64,000 nucleotides of DNA, taken from assembly GCF_963676685.1 (NCBI RefSeq), contig NC_092355.1, positions 1,798,001-1,862,000 on the forward strand, written 5' to 3'. Shown here piece after piece: positions 60,283-64,000 of this stretch. The notes beneath the pieces were generated by a model. The model made no database searches. It had not been told where the DNA came from and worked only from the letters and a program-made list of their open reading frames with translations. The first letter of the stretch is position 1, and every line of letters begins with the position of its first letter. Made by a program: the position numbers and the translations under genes. Origin of the DNA: Mytilus edulis. Lineage: Eukaryota.

Positions 60283-63200
60283 ATGAAGGTCATCGCTATT
60301 CTGCTCTGCGTTATCGGTATGTTCTTGTATCAGTTAATCTATTTAAGTATCTTGAGATTTCAATAGGAAAAAGTTTTGTTCGACTTGCTATTAGATATTA
60401 GAGTGTAGGGACCTACTTATTTTTATCTAGAGTCTTTTTTTGGTATGCGCTATGAGTTTCCTTGCAGTAACTTTGAGCCTACTTTCATACGACATTTTAC
60501 CGTTTATCATTATTGAACGTTTTTAACATTAACTTAGAATAAGTGCTTTTTATGTGCGAATGTTTTTCATATATTTCGTTTTTGACGTTTTATTAGTACA
60601 CTAATAGCAGTTCAAAAAACAAAAATGACAGAGTTAAGATTGTAGAGAATTATTTTAAATCTGTAAATCATTTATGTATCTGTCTCAAATAAGTAACCTC
60701 TTCAGTGACTGTCGCGTGTCAAATCAAATTCAGTTAAGTGTCAATAACAGGTTACTTCTGCTATGTGTTAGTCCGTTCATACCTATGTTAGACTCTAGAT
60801 AATTATGATAAAAATCACTAGCGACTTGTTATGTGGTCTTTAATCTTTAGATACCAGAGTAGATGTAGTTATCTTATCAGTTATGTTATTAAGTGTTCTT
60901 TTTACGATTGTGGAATTTCGGTCAGATGTTGAGATGCGTACCCTGCTGCAACTAACGGTTTTAGCAGTTTTCGGGGTCATGTGACTCGCTTAGACATTCG
61001 TACTATCTTGATTTGTGTCTTTGTAATCAATTTATGAGATTTCAACATCGGTAAACTGCTGTTCAAAAATTAGAATAGTTAGAGAAATAAGACTTTCCTA
61101 ATGTGTATAGACAGTCTATTGTTAAAGAGTGTTCATAATTTGTACCTTGGATGCTGTTTCAATTAGATCCCTCCATAATCTAAGCTTGTGCCAATCGAAA
61201 TTCAAGTTTTCAGCAAAATTTATCAAATGCAACTGATACTTAAATAAAAACTTTGCATTTTAAACAGAAACCATATTAACCCAATTTGTATTACTTTCTA
61301 TGGAGTGAATTCTGCAATTAAGAAAGGATTCAATCGACAAGAAATACATAGACATGCGCATCAAAATGAAACGAAACAATATATTGTTTAATTGTCAATA
61401 TTCCATACCATATGACAAATCAATATTATATTGCACTTCACTGTTCTGCACATGTAGATGGATTTTGGATTATTTACATGAGCTTACAAAAACTTTTTTC
61501 ATTTGATGGAAACAAATAGTAAATAGACCCCGTAACAACTAACTCGCACTACCTTTTAGGTTCATACTTACTCTACTGTTCTGCACATGTAGTAGCATTT
61601 TGGATTATTTACATGAGCTTACAAAAATCTTTTGTCATTTGATGGAAACAAATAGTAAATAGACCCCGTAACAAATAACTCGCACTACCTTTTAGGTTCA
61701 TACTTACTCTACTGTTCTGTAGATGGATATGTAGATGGATTTTGGATTATTTACATGAGCTTACAAAATCTTTTGTCATTCGATGGAAACAAATAGTAAA
61801 TAGACCCCGGAACAAATAACTCGCACTACCTTTTAGGTTCATACATACTTATCCAACATTTATGAAATGCATTTGTGAATTTAAGTTTATTTTAATATTT
61901 GTTTATTTACTTAGAAAACATGAAATATATATAATCTAACTGTAATATTGTAGTCGCTGTATATTGTGAGACATGTACATCAGACCGTAGATGTACCAAG
62001 ACCACATGCTCAGACTCTAATATATATAATCTGTTATATTGTAGTCGCTGTATATTGTGAGACATGTACATCAGACCGTAGATGTACCCAGACCACATGC
62101 TCAGACTCTAATATATATAATCTAACTGTTATATTGTAGTCGCTGTATATTGTGAGACATGTACATCAGACCGTAGATGTACCCAGACCACATGCTCAGA
62201 CTCATCACATCATGTAGTATGCTTCGCGGGTCATTGCACATGCAGCGGCAGAACAGGACAAAGTAAGCAATTTCTTTTTATTACATTTCAAATCAAGAGT
62301 AGAATTGTTTTTACAGTGAATTAATATTTTAAAAATAATAGAACAATGGTTCAATAGTTCTACAGTAGGAATATCGTGACTAGCAAAACTCTTTTCAAAT
62401 GTGACTTCTATTGCTAGTAACGATATACCGGCAGTCTGCAAGCGTATTATAATTCGCCGTTTCAGAATCTAATGCATTCTGGGTAATATTTTCAAAAGCG
62501 TACACCAAAGCGTTTTGATTGGTTTAAAACGTTATAAACAATGGAAATTCAACCAATGACGTAACGTTTTTTTAACTTTGGGGTACGAACAATGAAATTA
62601 CCCATGATGCTTTAGATTCTGAAACGGCCAATTGAAACATCAATGCAATAATTACATATCACATGATCTGTTATATAATTTGTTAGTAAAATAATTATAT
62701 TAAAATTGCACTATATAGCTTTATCTGTAACTTGCACTATATAGCTTTATCTGTAACTAACATACTAGTCGTTAAACGTTATACAACATTGCATTCTGCT
62801 TATACGTACTTAAATATTAGATATTAACGGTTTTCTAGAATGGTTTACTTTAAATTAGTATTCAAAGAGATTACTTACATTCTTTTGGTGTTGGCTACGA
62901 TAGAATATACGAGTGTTACAATCAATTATATACGTAAATTAGAAATCGTTCCTATAACGTAATTTTATCAAAGTATACATGGAACTATACGGCAATCAAC
63001 AATAAAAAATCATCCTAATGTATATTAAGACATAGCTTTAGTGCCAATTATGTACATAATGGAAAGAACAATGAAAATAATAAATTATTTATGACTCAAA
63101 AAAAGAAAACAAAACTTAAACATTAGAAAATTCTACATTTCATACAGAATAAATAAGGGAAGAAAACCTAAAGAACGTTTGGTTGTGTAATTTTTCCCAT

Positions 63201-63788
63201 ATACAAGTCCTCTCTTCGCATGTGCCAGATCAATTCACCGTTTCAGAATCTAATGCATTCTGGGTAATATTTTCAAAAGTGTACACCAAAGCGTGGTGAT
63301 TGGTTTAAAACGTCCTAAACAATCGAAATTCAACCAATGACGTAACGTTATTTTCATTTTGGGTACGGACAATGCAATTACCCATAGTCCTTTAGATTCT
63401 GAAACGGCCAATTGATTAACATATTAAACATAGGAATACCGTATACAAATGTATATATCAATAATTCATTATTCTTCAAATTCATTATTCTTCATCTCAA
63501 AAGGACAACATTGATATAATCACAATTATGTACGAATAAATATGATAAGGTTTGTTCTAACGACTTACCATAAATGGTATGGAAATAGAAGTAAATGTCT
63601 ATATCATTCTATTTAATTTTTTAAAAACTGTTTTTTAGCATATATATCATATACAAAATAATTAAATATCAACATTTTATTTTGCAGCATGCACAGCCGT
63701 AGCCGACTGTAGCAGTGAACATTGCAGATTTGGAAGGTCCCACTGTTATGACGGTCATTGTCATTGTCTCCCTGGAGCAGGAAAATAA
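60283..63788 (+). CDS. Host gene 3: divergent Cvsi-2-like secreted peptide (85 aa; exons 60283-60316, 62140-62262, 63688-63788)
   Basis: Same 34-nt signal exon and phase-1 introns. MKVIAILLCVIVAVYC-ETCTSDRRCTQTTCSDSSHHVVCFAGHCTCSGRTGQTCTAVADCSSEHCRFGRSHCYDGHCHCLPGAGK. Confidence 0.85.
61440..61845. repeat. Three tandem ~136-bp units in intron 1 of gene 3
   Basis: ACTGTTCTG..GGATTATTTACATGAGCTTACAAAA..CACTACCTTTTAGGTTCATAC repeated three times. Confidence 0.9.
61924..62203 (+). repeat. Three tandem 91-95-bp units spanning the exon-2 splice acceptor of gene 3
   Basis: AATATATATAATCT..ATATTGTAG|TCGCTGTATATTGTGAGACA..GCTCAGACTC three times. Confidence 0.9.
62451..62633. mobile_element. ~180-bp MITE (second copy at ~63232-63413)
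   Basis: TIRs AATTCGCCGTTTCAGAATCTAA..GGGTAAT / ATTACCC..TTAGATTCTGAAACGGCCAATT. Confidence 0.75.
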
Positions 63789-64000
63789 TTCAAATAGAAA
63801 CTCCCTCAACCTCATTATTATATAATGGTTTAATTGACATTTTTGGCAAATAAATAGGTGTTTTTCGATAAATGATTTGTTCTTCCATTTATTTGTATTG
63901 TAGTCCTGTCATGTAATGTTGTCATTTTTAGTGTTATATGTAACATTGCCATAAAAGCGGGAGGTTTGGCTAGCCACAAAACTTGGTTCAACCCACCATT

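Overview
AT-rich, repeat-dense animal genomic DNA. The repeat families and genes look like a bivalve, probably Mytilus (inferred). The centrepiece is a complete 16.1-kb Polinton/Maverick (36690-52828) with ~960-bp AGTAGT-ended TIRs and a 6-bp AACATG target-site duplication. It has the usual core: protein-primed PolB, integrase, packaging ATPase, major and minor capsid proteins and an adenain-like protease. It also encodes a divergent TATA-binding protein (TBP) and two PC4-domain proteins, one of them membrane-anchored. Six of its virion/integration genes have a non-canonical TATAAGA box 37-46 bp upstream of the ATG, while the TBP, tandem-PC4 and PolB genes have canonical TATA boxes. The element's TBP has lost its intercalating phenylalanines in the half that reads the 3' side of the box, where the motif deviates. 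This suggests an element-encoded TBP/late-promoter system, the best novelty candidate here. PolB is spliced, with 5 exons in matching phases. The Polinton interrupts ORF2 of a CR1-type LINE. An intact L1/Tx1-type LINE, whose ORF1 ends in an IMPACT/UPF0029-like domain, appears to sit in the 3' UTR of the same LINE. The nest lies within a cluster of three spliced host genes for 12-Cys secreted Cvsi-2-like peptides that the ORF track misses. The left part also holds a decayed Gmr1-type Gypsy element, Penelope-like RT fragments, hammerhead-ribozyme repeats and MITEs. All calls are from reading the sequence by eye; no searches were run.
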